Shown here: positions 37,230 to 48,621 of the stretch, piece after piece
How the letters are laid out: each line of letters starts with the position of its first letter
Numbering within the stretch: the first letter of the stretch is position 1
Assembly: GCA_002104905.1 (NCBI GenBank)
Contig: MCFE01000254.1
Location: forward strand, 49,552-113,551
Length of the DNA stretch: 64,000 nucleotides
Direction: 5' to 3'
Source: Basidiobolus meristosporus CBS 931.73
Taxonomy: Eukaryota > Fungi > Basidiobolomycota
Program-made: the position numbers and the translations under genes
The notes under the pieces: model-generated
The model's database searches: none
What the model saw: only the letters and a program-made list of their open reading frames with translations
What the model was told of the DNA's origin: nothing

Positions 37230-39570
37230 CTAATATACAGTTCTCGAGTGGATCGGTGTCTCCAATGCATTGGATGCCTTCGTGCAATTTCTTAGCTCTC
37301 GAAGTAAAGCCTTGGCTTCCTCCTTTTCCTATTCAGTCTAATTGTTAGCCTTCTTATGTGAGCCATGGCTCGGCTTTTAAGGACTTACCGGCCCATTGTA
37401 CTTGAGCACTTCAGTGACATATTCTTCTGCCTCTTTGAAGTTCCCTCTTTTCTTTTCGTAGTAAGCAAGGAACAGGCATGTCTCGACCAGATCAATGCTA
37501 TGGTTCTGGAAGACGGGTTAGCACGGATACGAGGGGTCCGGGATATACGAGTGCAACTCACATCTTGGATCTTGGTTTGCTTCAAGCTCAAGTGATAATA
37601 ATATGCGGCCGTATCTTGCTGATCCAGTTTCTTGTAGAGATTTCCCAACTTGTTCAGAGCAATCACCTCATTCTCTGAGCCCAATAAGGCTCGTTTGTAG
37701 CATTTGATTGCTTCTACGTCTTGATTTAGGATTTCGTAGCAACCAGCAAGGGCACACCACATTCGTGCGTCGTATGGTCTATTCAAAGCAGAGGTTAGTT
37801 TGGTGAGTGGGGCAAGACTCGCCCTTGGTGCCCTTACCTCAATGCGGTGGCTCTCTGATAGTAATACAAGCTATAATATGGCATCCGCAAAACCTCGTAC
37901 GTTTGACCAAGACCGTACCAGGCACGGTAGTCCTTGGTATTGATATCTATAACAACGATTGTTGTTAGCTGGTGGATGCCAGAAGGAATCCAATGACTGA
38001 AGCTTACCAACGGCTCGGCGATACGCTTCAATAGCAGCATGCGTATTCTTCATCTCAACATACTCGTGACCCATCAAAGTCCAAGCAGAAAGATACTTTC
38101 GGTTCAGCTTCAGAGCTCGTTTAAAGTGAATGACCGCCTTTTCGTGCTCTCCTTTGAGACTAAAGTAATTTCCTATGTGAAAGATGAGCAACCACAGTCT
38201 AGCGCATGAACGGTTTAGAACTCCAAATTCACCTATGATACAGCACGTCTCGGGGCGATATTTGTCCACACAAGCGCTATTGTGAGCCAAGAAGCTTAGC
38301 TTGGCCTTCTTTTCCATGACGTAAAGCACATTAGAGTAGGTGTCTAGATTGTCCAGGCGGAAGGGGTCTTTCTCAATCAGCTCATCGAAAATGGCCTCTG
38401 CTTCATCAAATTCTGCAACGACGTTTGTTAGACGCACTCTCGTACCGTGGGTGGCGTAACTTACTTACCCCGTGTATTGTAGAAATGCATGGCTTTTTGA
38501 GTTTTCAAATAATCACTCCCCGGGAATAGGCATAGCAGCAACTCCAGGTCTTGCTGTATCAACTCGGTGTTGAAATGTAGCTCGTTCGCCGTATGTGTGA
38601 CGAAGAATTTCGCCATGAAATGGTTGTTCAGCTCCGGGAGGATTTTCTCGAGCTGGGGGAAAGGAATCAGACATGTTCACTTCTACCGAGCGAAATGAAG
38701 CATACATACAGTATCTTGATTGCTAATACATCCGGAGAGCTCAAGCCAAGCACTCCAGTTGTACGGGTACTTGTTGAGTGACTTCACCAGAGCATCCACC
38801 GCCTTCTGCTCCATGTTCTTCTTCAAAAGGATCAAAGCATACCTGGTCGCGACGGTTTAGCGAATCTACACGGTGCTTGCCAAGTGAAAATAAAGTTGAC
38901 GTACAGATACAAACAAAAAGAGTCCAACTCGTCTACAAGATACAACGGCTCCAAGTCTTCCAATATTTCCGAAACATTCTCGTTCAGAATTCGCTTTTCG
39001 TCGGCCAAGCCTAGGAATGTTTAAGCTATTCAACGGAAGGATAACTTGACCAATAGCCGCGATCACCAACATACCCATGATGTCTTGGTTTTTCTCCTCC
39101 TTTTTCTTTTCGCCCGACTAAATCCAATTCAACCGCATCAGCACGTGCGCTATCCAACCAGCCATACCGCTCTTTCTTACCAGATATTTCGCATACAACT
39201 TGAGGAATCTCGATTTGTTGTCCGAGGCGTCTCTAAGGGTGTAGCTGCATCTGTCGAATTCCCTCAAGTCAAAATACGACTTGGCCAACTGGTATCTATC
39301 TGCCACCTGTGGCTCTTGGAAGACCTCGCTCTCGGCTAGCTCTAGAGTATTTAAATCAAGAAAAGGAAAATCACCAATATTAATAGGCTCCGTCTCTTCA
39401 AGACCACTCAACGTCTCTGAAAGCCTGTATGTTTGGACGCATGAGTATCGGTCCCCGCTTGCAACTTGACTGAAGAACAGCAAATACCATTTTGTGCTGT
39501 GGAATAGCCCTCGCTCGCCACAACGTCTTACTCCCTCACGTAATTGATTTCGAATGATGGCTTGGGGCAT
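37230..39570 (-). CDS. CDC23: Anaphase-promoting complex subunit 8 (multi-exon, TPR repeats)
   Basis: [69 protein letters not shown]. Confidence 0.93.
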
Positions 39571-39869
39571 GTTTGATTACGATGACACTATATCTTCTAT
39601 AGGAAAATGCAAGTTCAAGTATTTTTCCCTTCAAGCAAGCTGCTCAGTGTATTTACAGTAGTAAGTATACCAAACAGAGTGGAGTCAAGCTAATGTTTAT
39701 GCTTCCACAAAAACCCGCTCCATGCACGTGACCTGAAGGGTCAAAATAAACAAAGCTTTTTTATGGTATTTCCAGTGAATGGCCGAACGATTCGGCCATT
39801 GGGCAGATTCGGATGAAGCTATCTCGTTCGAATCATTTACGTTCCGAGTGCACTTGAGACACGTCGAGT

Positions 39870-42728
39870 ATGTTGCCACCGGAAGATACTTTTCGTATAT
39901 TGATTGCCACAGACAATCACTTGGGGTATTTGGAGAAGGATCCCATACGCGGGAAAGATTCTTTCACCGCATTTGAAGAGATATTGAAGTTGGCTCGAAG
40001 GGAGCAGGTTGGATATACACTTCTATTTTTATGACTGTGGTTTGAGGTGATGATGGTCGCCGGGTGTGTCACCAAGTACGAAACACTGATCCCTTTCTAT
40101 CTCCTTTCGAAAAGGTGGACTTTATTTTACTGGGTGGCGACTTGTTTCATGAGAACAAACCATCAAGAAAAACCTTGTACCAAACCATGGCCTTACTCCG
40201 TGAATATTGCATGGGAGATAAGCCATGCAAAATGGAATACCTCAGTGATCAGTCAGTCAACTTCCCTGACAGGTTTGTGGTGATAAGTAGACGCTCCATC
40301 AACTGTAACAAAGAGTAACGTCCGATTCGACCTCGAATAATTCAGGTTTGCCACCGTGAATTATCAGGATCCCAACTACAATGTTAGCATACCAGTGTTT
40401 TCGATCCATGGAAACCACGATGATCCTTCTGGTGTAAGTCTATAGTACCCTTCAAGCAGTGTTGATTGTTCTACTCAAACGGTTTTTCCATCAGGACGGC
40501 AACTTGGCAGCCTTGGACCTTCTCTCGGTATCAGGGCTAGTGAATTATTTTGGGAGAGCGAAGGAGGTAGATGAGATCACCATCAGCCCAATCCTGCTAC
40601 GCAAAGGAAACTCTAGGTTGGCCTTGTATGGCCTAGGAAACATACGAGACGAGCGTCTCCATCGCACCTTCATTCAGAAGAAAGTAAAAATACTGCGCCC
40701 GCGGAAATCATCGGACGTCTGGTTCAACTTGATGGTTTTGCATCAAAACAGGTATTAAGGCAAGAGTCTTCGCGGCATCGATGATCTTTCAATCTAACCA
40801 AGGCTTGTGGCCTCATCCAGGATTGCACACGGCGCAACCAACTACATCCCAGAGTCATTTTTGGACGAGTTTCTCGACCTTGTGCTTTGGGGCCATGAGC
40901 ATGAATGTCTGATCGATCCTGTCATGAACCAGCAGCAGCAATTTTACATCACGCAACCTGGCTCCTCAGTCGCGACATCCCTTTGCGAAGGAGAGTCCCA
41001 GCTCAAGTAAGTAGGAAATGAACACCACCCGAGGACAAAGGCAGAAAGAGCTAACCTTCGGCCCAAGACACATAGCCATCCTGAATATTTGCAATAACGA
41101 GTTTGAAATGGAGAAATATCCATTGAGAAGCGTCCGACCCTTTATTATTGAGGATGTGGTTCTCTCCGAGGTTGATGGACTGAGGCCCACCGACTCCAAA
41201 GGGGTGATCAAGCACCTCAATGAGAAAATCACCGACCTCATCGGCCAGGCCAAGGAGAGCTGGGAGCAGAGAATGGCCGAGACCGGGGAGGCAATCGACG
41301 AGAACACCGAATTCCCAAAGCCACTTATCAGACTGAGGGTACTTGATTTCCCTTTGCATCCCATGCGCCTCGTTTTCTCACCTCACTTTAGGTCGAGTAC
41401 AGTGGTGGGTTCAACTCCTTCAACCCACAAAGATTCGGTCAGCAATTTGTGGAGCAAGTCGCTAACCCCAAAGACATTATTCACTTCTACCGACGCCGCA
41501 GCTACACAGGTACGTGGGTTTCACAATGCCTTGACGGGTCGGCATTCTAACCGAAGTCAAGACAATAAGAAGATAGCGAAGATCACGCCCGAGCAGCTTG
41601 CAGGGATTATACCAGAGCGGCTGGACCATTTCAAGGTGGAAGATCTGATAGAAGAGTTTCTAAATGCCCAGAAGTTGGACGTGTTGCCCGAAACCGAGCT
41701 TATCGACGCTGTCCGGATATTTGTAGAAAAGGACGATCGAGACGCGATCAAAGAGTATGTTGCATATGCCGGTCGGATCTTGTATGCAAAGGCTTCTAAC
41801 ATGAATTGGAAAGGTTTGTCTCCGGCTCGTTGGATAAGACCAGGGGATACCTTCATAATGAGGCCACCTCCATTGATGACTCTGAGCTGAAGAGAGAGGT
41901 AGACACAAGCACTGTACGCGGGTGTAATCCTTATTAACCCTCACATGATCACCAGGCCGCAAAGGAAAAAAAGCAAAGACTTGAGCGATACCTTCAAACC
42001 CATTCGAACAGAGACGCAGTCATCATTGATCATAAGGCACCCCTTCACCGAAACCAAAAACTCCACCTTATCATGAATACTAACCTGGGTCAATGTAGCC
42101 ATCCAAAGAACGAAGCGAAGCAACATCGGATCAGCAATCCAGTTCCGAAGAGGAGCTCTCTGCGCCGACGAAGATTCGAAAAACCACGGCCACCAAAAGA
42201 GGGGGCAAAAAGGCTGCTACCACGAGTCGAGCCGCTGCACCCGCGAGAAAGCCACGAGCAACACGAGGTCGCGCCAAGATAGTACCATCCGAATCGGTAA
42301 AACCCCATTCAACAGCAAAGCTCGAAAAACACTGACTGATCTTTGCAAACTCAATCTACAGGAGATCAGCGAGGATGACCTACTAGTCGAAGCCACCCCA
42401 ATGGAGACCGATGAAATCGAGGATGTGGCGCCCAAGTCGTCCACCCAAAGGAATAAACCCAGAGCAGCTCCGTATGAATCTTCTCCCCATCGCTTATCAA
42501 CACTAGGAATGCTAACCACGATGCCAGTACTCTTTCTAGGGGCACTCGACAATCAAAGCTGAATTTCCTAAGCTCCCAGAATGATCATGTATGCAGCGTT
42601 TTTCTTGGATTGGCCTATTCATATGTACTAACCGAAGAAAACAGAATGCCGGTGAGGAAGACACATTCGCCAGCTTCACCTCTGCTGCGGGCACTGGCCG
42701 TAGAAACCTCCGACGAAACAGAGGATGA
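39870..42728 (+). CDS. MRE11: Double-strand-break repair nuclease Mre11 (multi-exon; ends approximate)
   Basis: [61 protein letters not shown]. Confidence 0.93.
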
Positions 42729-43116
42729 TGTGCACAAGAACCTTTGCTTGCTTCTCGCATAAGCTAACAGTAACAAATACATCGATTTCAACATGCATCT
42801 ATCCCGGCTTGATTGAAATGGCATAAAATACCTAGTGTTGCTAGACGATATTCAAGGATCCCAAGTATAGCCAGGACCTTGATACGCGAAATAGCAATCA
42901 ATCTACAAATGCAATTTACACATAATTCCGGAATTTCGCGATAGCATTACATGGATCTGGTTGTCAATGATTTAATTAAATGGGATTTATTTTCGTGTAA
43001 AGAGAAATTTGACGTTTCAAGTTCAAACAGATACTACAAAAGGTTTGATTATATCTAATGACAACGAAACGCATTCGTGTGGGTTGTATAGGGGAAGAGA
43101 GGCCATGAATACTCGT

Positions 43117-43684
43117 TTAATAGTTGGGGTTAACGACGTTAACGTGCTCGTACTTGTAGACACAACCGCACTCGGGGCAACGATCAATATCATGACCCTT
43201 CTCGACGGTGATCCAGATGTTTTCGTGTGAGTCAGATGGGAAACCGGTGCATCCAATGTAACGGAAATCATCACAAGTCTTCACCAAGATAGGGTTTTGC
43301 TTGGTTCCGTGGTGGGTCAAGGTCAAAGGCTCCATATCGAAGAACTCCTTGCCTTCCATCTTGGCCAAAATTTCCATACGCTCTAAACCGGTAGATTGCT
43401 CAAGATCAGTGGGAATGGTACCGGCTTTAGCTCCAGGACCAAGGAGAGGCTCGACTTCCTTGTGGTGATCGTCATGGCCGTGAGCTAAAGAAAGAGGTTA
43501 GGCTCGGACTTCAAAGGCTTCAATGGAATGGCAGAACGGGTAAAGGTAACGCAAAGGGTGAGAAAAGGTATTTACCGCCAAAACGAGCAGGAAGAACGGA
43601 GAAGGCCTTGACTTGAGTTCTGGACAAAGCGTTGGCTCTGACGACAGAGGAAACAGCAGCACGACGGAGAACAGCGAATGACAT
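43117..43684 (-). CDS. COX4: Cytochrome c oxidase subunit 4 (COX5B family), with mitochondrial presequence
   Basis: Arg/Ser-rich N-terminus; PTDLEQSTGLER; RYIGCTGFP...RCPECGCVYK. Confidence 0.92.
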
Positions 43685-44658
43685 TTGGTTTACGACTGTA
43701 TCAGGGTAAAGGAGTACTTAAAAGAGGACAGAACGAGGTTCTCGAGGACAAAAAACTGATGGAGTAGAACAAATGGACTTGTTTAGTGTAAGTAATCTTA
43801 ACCACGATCGAAAAAATTTGGGGTAAAGTGCAGGGGTTAGCTTCTCTTGGGGAATTATCCTGACTCCTTCATTGACCAAATCCTGATAATATTAAGCATT
43901 TGTATGGCGTCCAAAAGAATCAAACAAATGTTGGTGAGGATTTAGTTGGAGTTGCTTGCAATAGCACCATACCCCACACTCAATCCCCCCACAATGAACC
44001 CAGCCTTCGCGAAGTCTGGATGGAATCTGAATCACCTTCCATTCGTTCTAGACTCTTGATACCCAGGTACTTGATGAAATTTTATCCCTATTTCCGCTAA
44101 CGATCTACAATTAGCCAAAACCTGTTTAAACGGATCAATTGGGTTAGATTTGTGTTTAGTGGTGCTAAGCTGTTTAGTCGGGCAGAAACCATTGGAGTGT
44201 CCTATTTGGATGTACGATAAAATCGAACTCGTGGCCACTGCTGCATAGCCAATCAACGCTACTGATTGAATTTAAGCGAACTGGCCGAGTTAATCATCAT
44301 TGGATCGGCGGACAAAACTCACTTGAATAAATCTCTGAAAGTCAACAGTGGTGCAAGCAGATCCATTAGGTCCTTGCTTTTTCCCTTTAAGCTTAGCATA
44401 CACGCTTCGTATGGATTCCCAAGATTTTTCCTTACCATCGATGCCCGCCCAACTGACTGTATCAATTTTTTATCTGGAACTCACGGGAACATGGATAAAA
44501 ATTTCCAAACGTTAAATAAACCTGGACGTCCCCTACTCGTCAATTTTTCCTTGCTGTTCTCCATCTCCCTTAACTTTCCAGTTGACCCTTCATCCAAGTT
44601 CTTCCCTAATAGAAAGCCCTACTTTATTACCCAAGTCAGCTTACCTATACATAAAACA

Positions 44659-45502
44659 ATGACTAGCGTATTGTCTTCCACTTCAACGCCCCCCAACGGC
44701 CTTAATGTAAAATTGCGACTTTCACAATCAGAGGTGTCATCTGTCCCTCAGACAGATTCTTCTCCTGACACGACAGAACCAGACTCAACTATCTTTACTC
44801 AAGAGAAGCCAAAGGAGACTTCAGATTCTACCTCCAGTGTTGATACGACCCCTAGCAAGAGGCCACTTTCTAGGTATCTTTGATATTTCACCCAAATCTG
44901 TGCCCTATCGAGTGCTAATCTTTTGTTAGCCCCGACAGTATTAATCGTAACGGCGCACCCATTCATGAGGGTAAGTCAATCTGTACAGATGATCATAGAG
45001 TAATACCAAAACCAGTGCACAACGAGAGTGTTAAACCTTCGCTTTTTTCACAGACTCAATTGCCAATAATGCTCAAGTAGACACTAAACTCGCGGGAGTA
45101 GAGCGCCCAAGAAAATGGCAGAAACGTGCCTTAGTCATTCGAACTCTAACAGGGGAGGTATCTTTTTCTTCATGGCGCCCAGGTACACACCTCTGTAGAT
45201 ATATCGATTGATTAAACATAAGACTGACTTCTTTAACTCATCCACTAGATGGCCCACCTTTGGTTAAACGACCTGTCGTGGTCGAGAAGTTCAACTCACC
45301 CCACCCTGTTGTTGACTCTACCAGGCCTGTACCATGCACCTACCCAGGGTGTAATCGTAACTTTGCAGACCAGAATGGTCTCACTAAGCATATGGTTGTT
45401 CATGGGCCGAAAACATTCTTTTGTGGTTTGGATGGGTGTGTGAAAAGCTTTGCAGATCGCACGCGCTTGAGAAGACATCAGCGAGGTGTTCATGGGCAAT
45501 AA
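44659..45502 (+). CDS. Small two-finger C2H2 protein, YY1/Iec1-like (multi-exon; structure approximate)
   Basis: CTYPGCNRNFADQNGLTKHMVVHGPKTFFCGLDGCVKSFADRTRLRRHQRGVH; S/T-rich N-terminal exon. Confidence 0.7.
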
Positions 45503-46706
45503 GATGATTACGGAGTTGCCATTCAATGATATCCTTGGCATATAGTATGTAGTATGGTGCCACACGGAGCTGCACCTTCTTTGTACAATTTTTATGAGAT
45601 ATAGATGATTGTCCACTTACGCCGCTTTTATTACCGGAGATTTTTGTCTGTAGATAGTCATAACCACATCCAAACTTAACACTTCAACTAGGGCATTTTA
45701 ATTGTGAATTGTGAGAGCTTCGGATTACTAGCAGTATTATTAATATCAATAAATCCATGAACCAGATTATTTTACATTTGAAACGTATTTGATCAGAATG
45801 TATATATGAACGATGATTCCTTCCATATTGCTGAATCGCAATTAGCTATCTTTCAGCAACGCTGATCGTCGCGTAACAAGGTAATCGTTTAGAGATAGAC
45901 CCATGTCATTGAAAATCTGTGATCATGTTGCCAGCACTTTTGTTGGCTCCTTAAAGTTCATGGTTCGAAAAGATGTCTGTTGTTTGTAATTGAGGGAATT
46001 CTCAGGTCAGCAGTCGATACAACCCGGGTTGCAATCCGAGTGTACCTGGGTTTTGTTAATCACAATTTAGTAATAACACCCATTTACATCATAAAGAAAA
46101 CTATTGTTATTATTAAAATAACAGGTAAAAGTTTCCTACTGAGAATTGATTTCACCCACTCCAGAATCAATACTTTTAAATCTGACCATCTCATTAGGGA
46201 TATTGTGGGATTTTATATATTGAAGATTCCTAATTTTCTTGATTCGAACCAAACCTCCCTGCATCGTTCACAACTGCTGGTTGACACAGGCGATGGGATC
46301 TTATACCCTTACAAAGGGTACCTTTCAAGTGGTGAGACGCATAAAATCTGCCAACCGCATGTAGGAAACACTTTTTTATCTCTAATTCATAACTTGGTAC
46401 CTACATGGATCACTTCAAATTAGCCAAGTATCGTATATTTTGGTGATGTTTCTTAGTTGTGGAAATGTCTAAAATATGGGCCTTTTCTCAAAATTTACAT
46501 CATATATCACACTCCCCCATCTTCAGTTACCCTTGACGGTAAACGACTATCATGTGTTTATTCAAAATAACCGCACTCATATTATTCCAGACCAACAATT
46601 CTCGAATGCTTACAAAATTTTCGACATGGGACATAGCTAGATATTGCACAGCATCGATTAGTTACCCGTTGGACGAGTAAAATATATATATTCAATATCA
46701 ACCGAA

Positions 46707-46779
46707 GGCCTCGTAGCTCAGTGGATAGAGCGTCCGCCTCCTAAGCGGAAGGTCCCAGGTTCGACCCCTGGCTTGGTTG
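46707..46779 (+). tRNA. tRNA-Arg(CCT) with imperfect acceptor stem
   Basis: D-arm GCTC/GAGC, anticodon arm TCCGC-CTCCTAA-GCGGA, T-arm CCAGG-TTCGACC-CCTGG, downstream TTTT; acceptor stem has two mismatches. Confidence 0.78.
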
Positions 46780-47794
46780 TGTTTATTTTACGTAGGTAAT
46801 TATACAGCGTTCAATATAAATCATTTTGGGAATGTTCTACAAGTAATCTCATGTTAGCAGCATGTATATCCATGTTGCGTTCATATGTAAGCCATATGCA
46901 CTTACTGCACCTTGGGTCAAAGAACGAAGGTAAAATGCGTATGATCCTTGGTTACCAAAGGCGAGAAGAGTTCACTGTGCTCCAGTGGCCAAAAGGCAGG
47001 GGGATCTTATTAAATTTCACGCTAGAAACCTCCACTCAGGTTTGCACCACATATATATTCACTATACGCTTTAGTAGCATACCTATGTGTCTTGAAGATC
47101 GGTAGGCTGTACAAGCATCAACCATATTGCAATAGCTATCCTTGTAATTCCTGAATAATGTGAGAAGTCCTTCGATGGGTAATCAGTCCGTATACTTACG
47201 TGTTGGTCTGGAACGCACGCAAATTCAGGACGTGAAACATGTGTATATTGGTAGTAGTTCCCTCTTCCTAGCCAAAAACCCTCAGAATTCATGTGCTTCA
47301 AAGGGGGCAACAATTTTTTAGTGTAAGGATACGACCAATTTTGCTCCATTCAGCGATTTGCTTCTCATGTCAAAATTCGGCCACAACAGTATCATTGATG
47401 ATTCAAACCCATGTCATATACGCAACCCTCCACATTGGTTTTATGGAATCAAAGAAGACTCGGAATCTACTAACCATTTAGGAACAACAGGGAAAGTGAA
47501 GTATCGTCAATTGTTTTGTAACATATTCAATACTCTATGCATGGAATCAAATGATATTTGGCCTACATCTACTCCACGAATAGAAACTCTGGATTGTTTT
47601 TTCAGGTCGTTTGGGCCAAAATTTGTTCGGAGTTTTTGACTTCTCTCGCTGCTTGTGCTCAAGGTTATTCTTCCCATTTTTCTACAAACAACATTCCTTT
47701 TAAAACTCGCTCTCCATCAACATTTGTAAGCTCTTCCACCTTATTTAAAATACCCTTTCAACCTCATAAAGTAAAGTGCAGCGAGTAAATAGTC

Positions 47795-48370
47795 ATGCCA
47801 AACTATCTCCCTGTCCCACCAATATCCCAAATCCGCCCCTCGACAGCGGTTTCAATAATCTTAAAACAAGACCAAAGAACTGGCCGCCAAGTTACTGGTT
47901 ATGTTGGCCAAATCCTCACCCGCGGAGACCACCCACGCGGCGTTAAAGTCCGCCTACAGGATGGTCGAGTAGGCCGAGTCCAAGCCATTATCTCGCCTGA
48001 TTTAGTCAAGGACCCTTCCTTTTCAGCCACTGCTGGCGAAGGCGGCTCCTCACAGCAAATTGCAGTTGATGGTGGTAATGGAGGGGCTAGATGGGCGAAC
48101 AGAAGATCTGGAATGGAAAGACGGTCAAAAGGTGGCGATAGACACGCAATTTTAGAACTACCGGCTGAGCCGCAGCGGGAGTATGATTTATCTGCTTTCA
48201 TAAAGGAGAAGAAGGGAAAGTCTAGGGGTCGAAAGGGTGACGAGATTGCGAGGGACGAAGTATCGGAGACTAGGAAGGAGGAGAATATTCTTTGTTGTCC
48301 CGTTTGTGGGTTATTCACAGGAGATGAGAGGGCTGTGGAATGGCATGTTGGAACTCATTTCGATGCTTGA
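47795..48370 (+). CDS. YwbE/DUF2196-like protein with C-terminal C2H2 (UBZ-like) motif, intronless
   Basis: VSIILKQDQRTGRQVTGYVGQILTRGDHPRGVKVRLQDGRVGRVQ; CPVCGLF...VEWHVGTHFD. Confidence 0.78.
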   Translation: MPNYLPVPPISQIRPSTAVSIILKQDQRTGRQVTGYVGQILTRGDHPRGVKVRLQDGRVGRVQAIISPDLVKDPSFSATAGEGGSSQQIAVDGGNGGARWANRRSGMERRSKGGDRHAILELPAEPQREYDLSAFIKEKKGKSRGRKGDEIARDEVSETRKEENILCCPVCGLFTGDERAVEWHVGTHFDA

Positions 48371-48621
48371 GGAGGCTAGGTGTTGGCTCAAACTGCCCTT
48401 GATAGACGAGCTTCATGTATATACTTCAGCATTGTATATATCAGATCATGTGTTCTTCACATTTCGCCATTCCCAGCAGCTTTTTGATCGGTTGAATAAA
48501 TATTTAATTTCACAGCAAAAATACCAAATATACTGGGCTACTATCTTTGTATATGTTTGACCTGGGCTGCTAACAAATCATACTGTAAATATTTCAAATT
48601 CTGAATTTTCTTGGTGCTTTC

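Noticed and set aside
29516-42728. PPH3, CDC23 and MRE11 as a telomere or DNA-repair gene cluster
   Set aside because: Interspersed with unrelated housekeeping genes; no evidence of co-regulation.
44032-44256. Short ORF with IKFHQVPG resembling an RNase H motif
   Set aside because: One weak motif and no other catalytic residues or element context.
45850-47790. Possible pseudogene or transposon remnants around the tRNA
   Set aside because: Frames are full of stops and I recognise no family.
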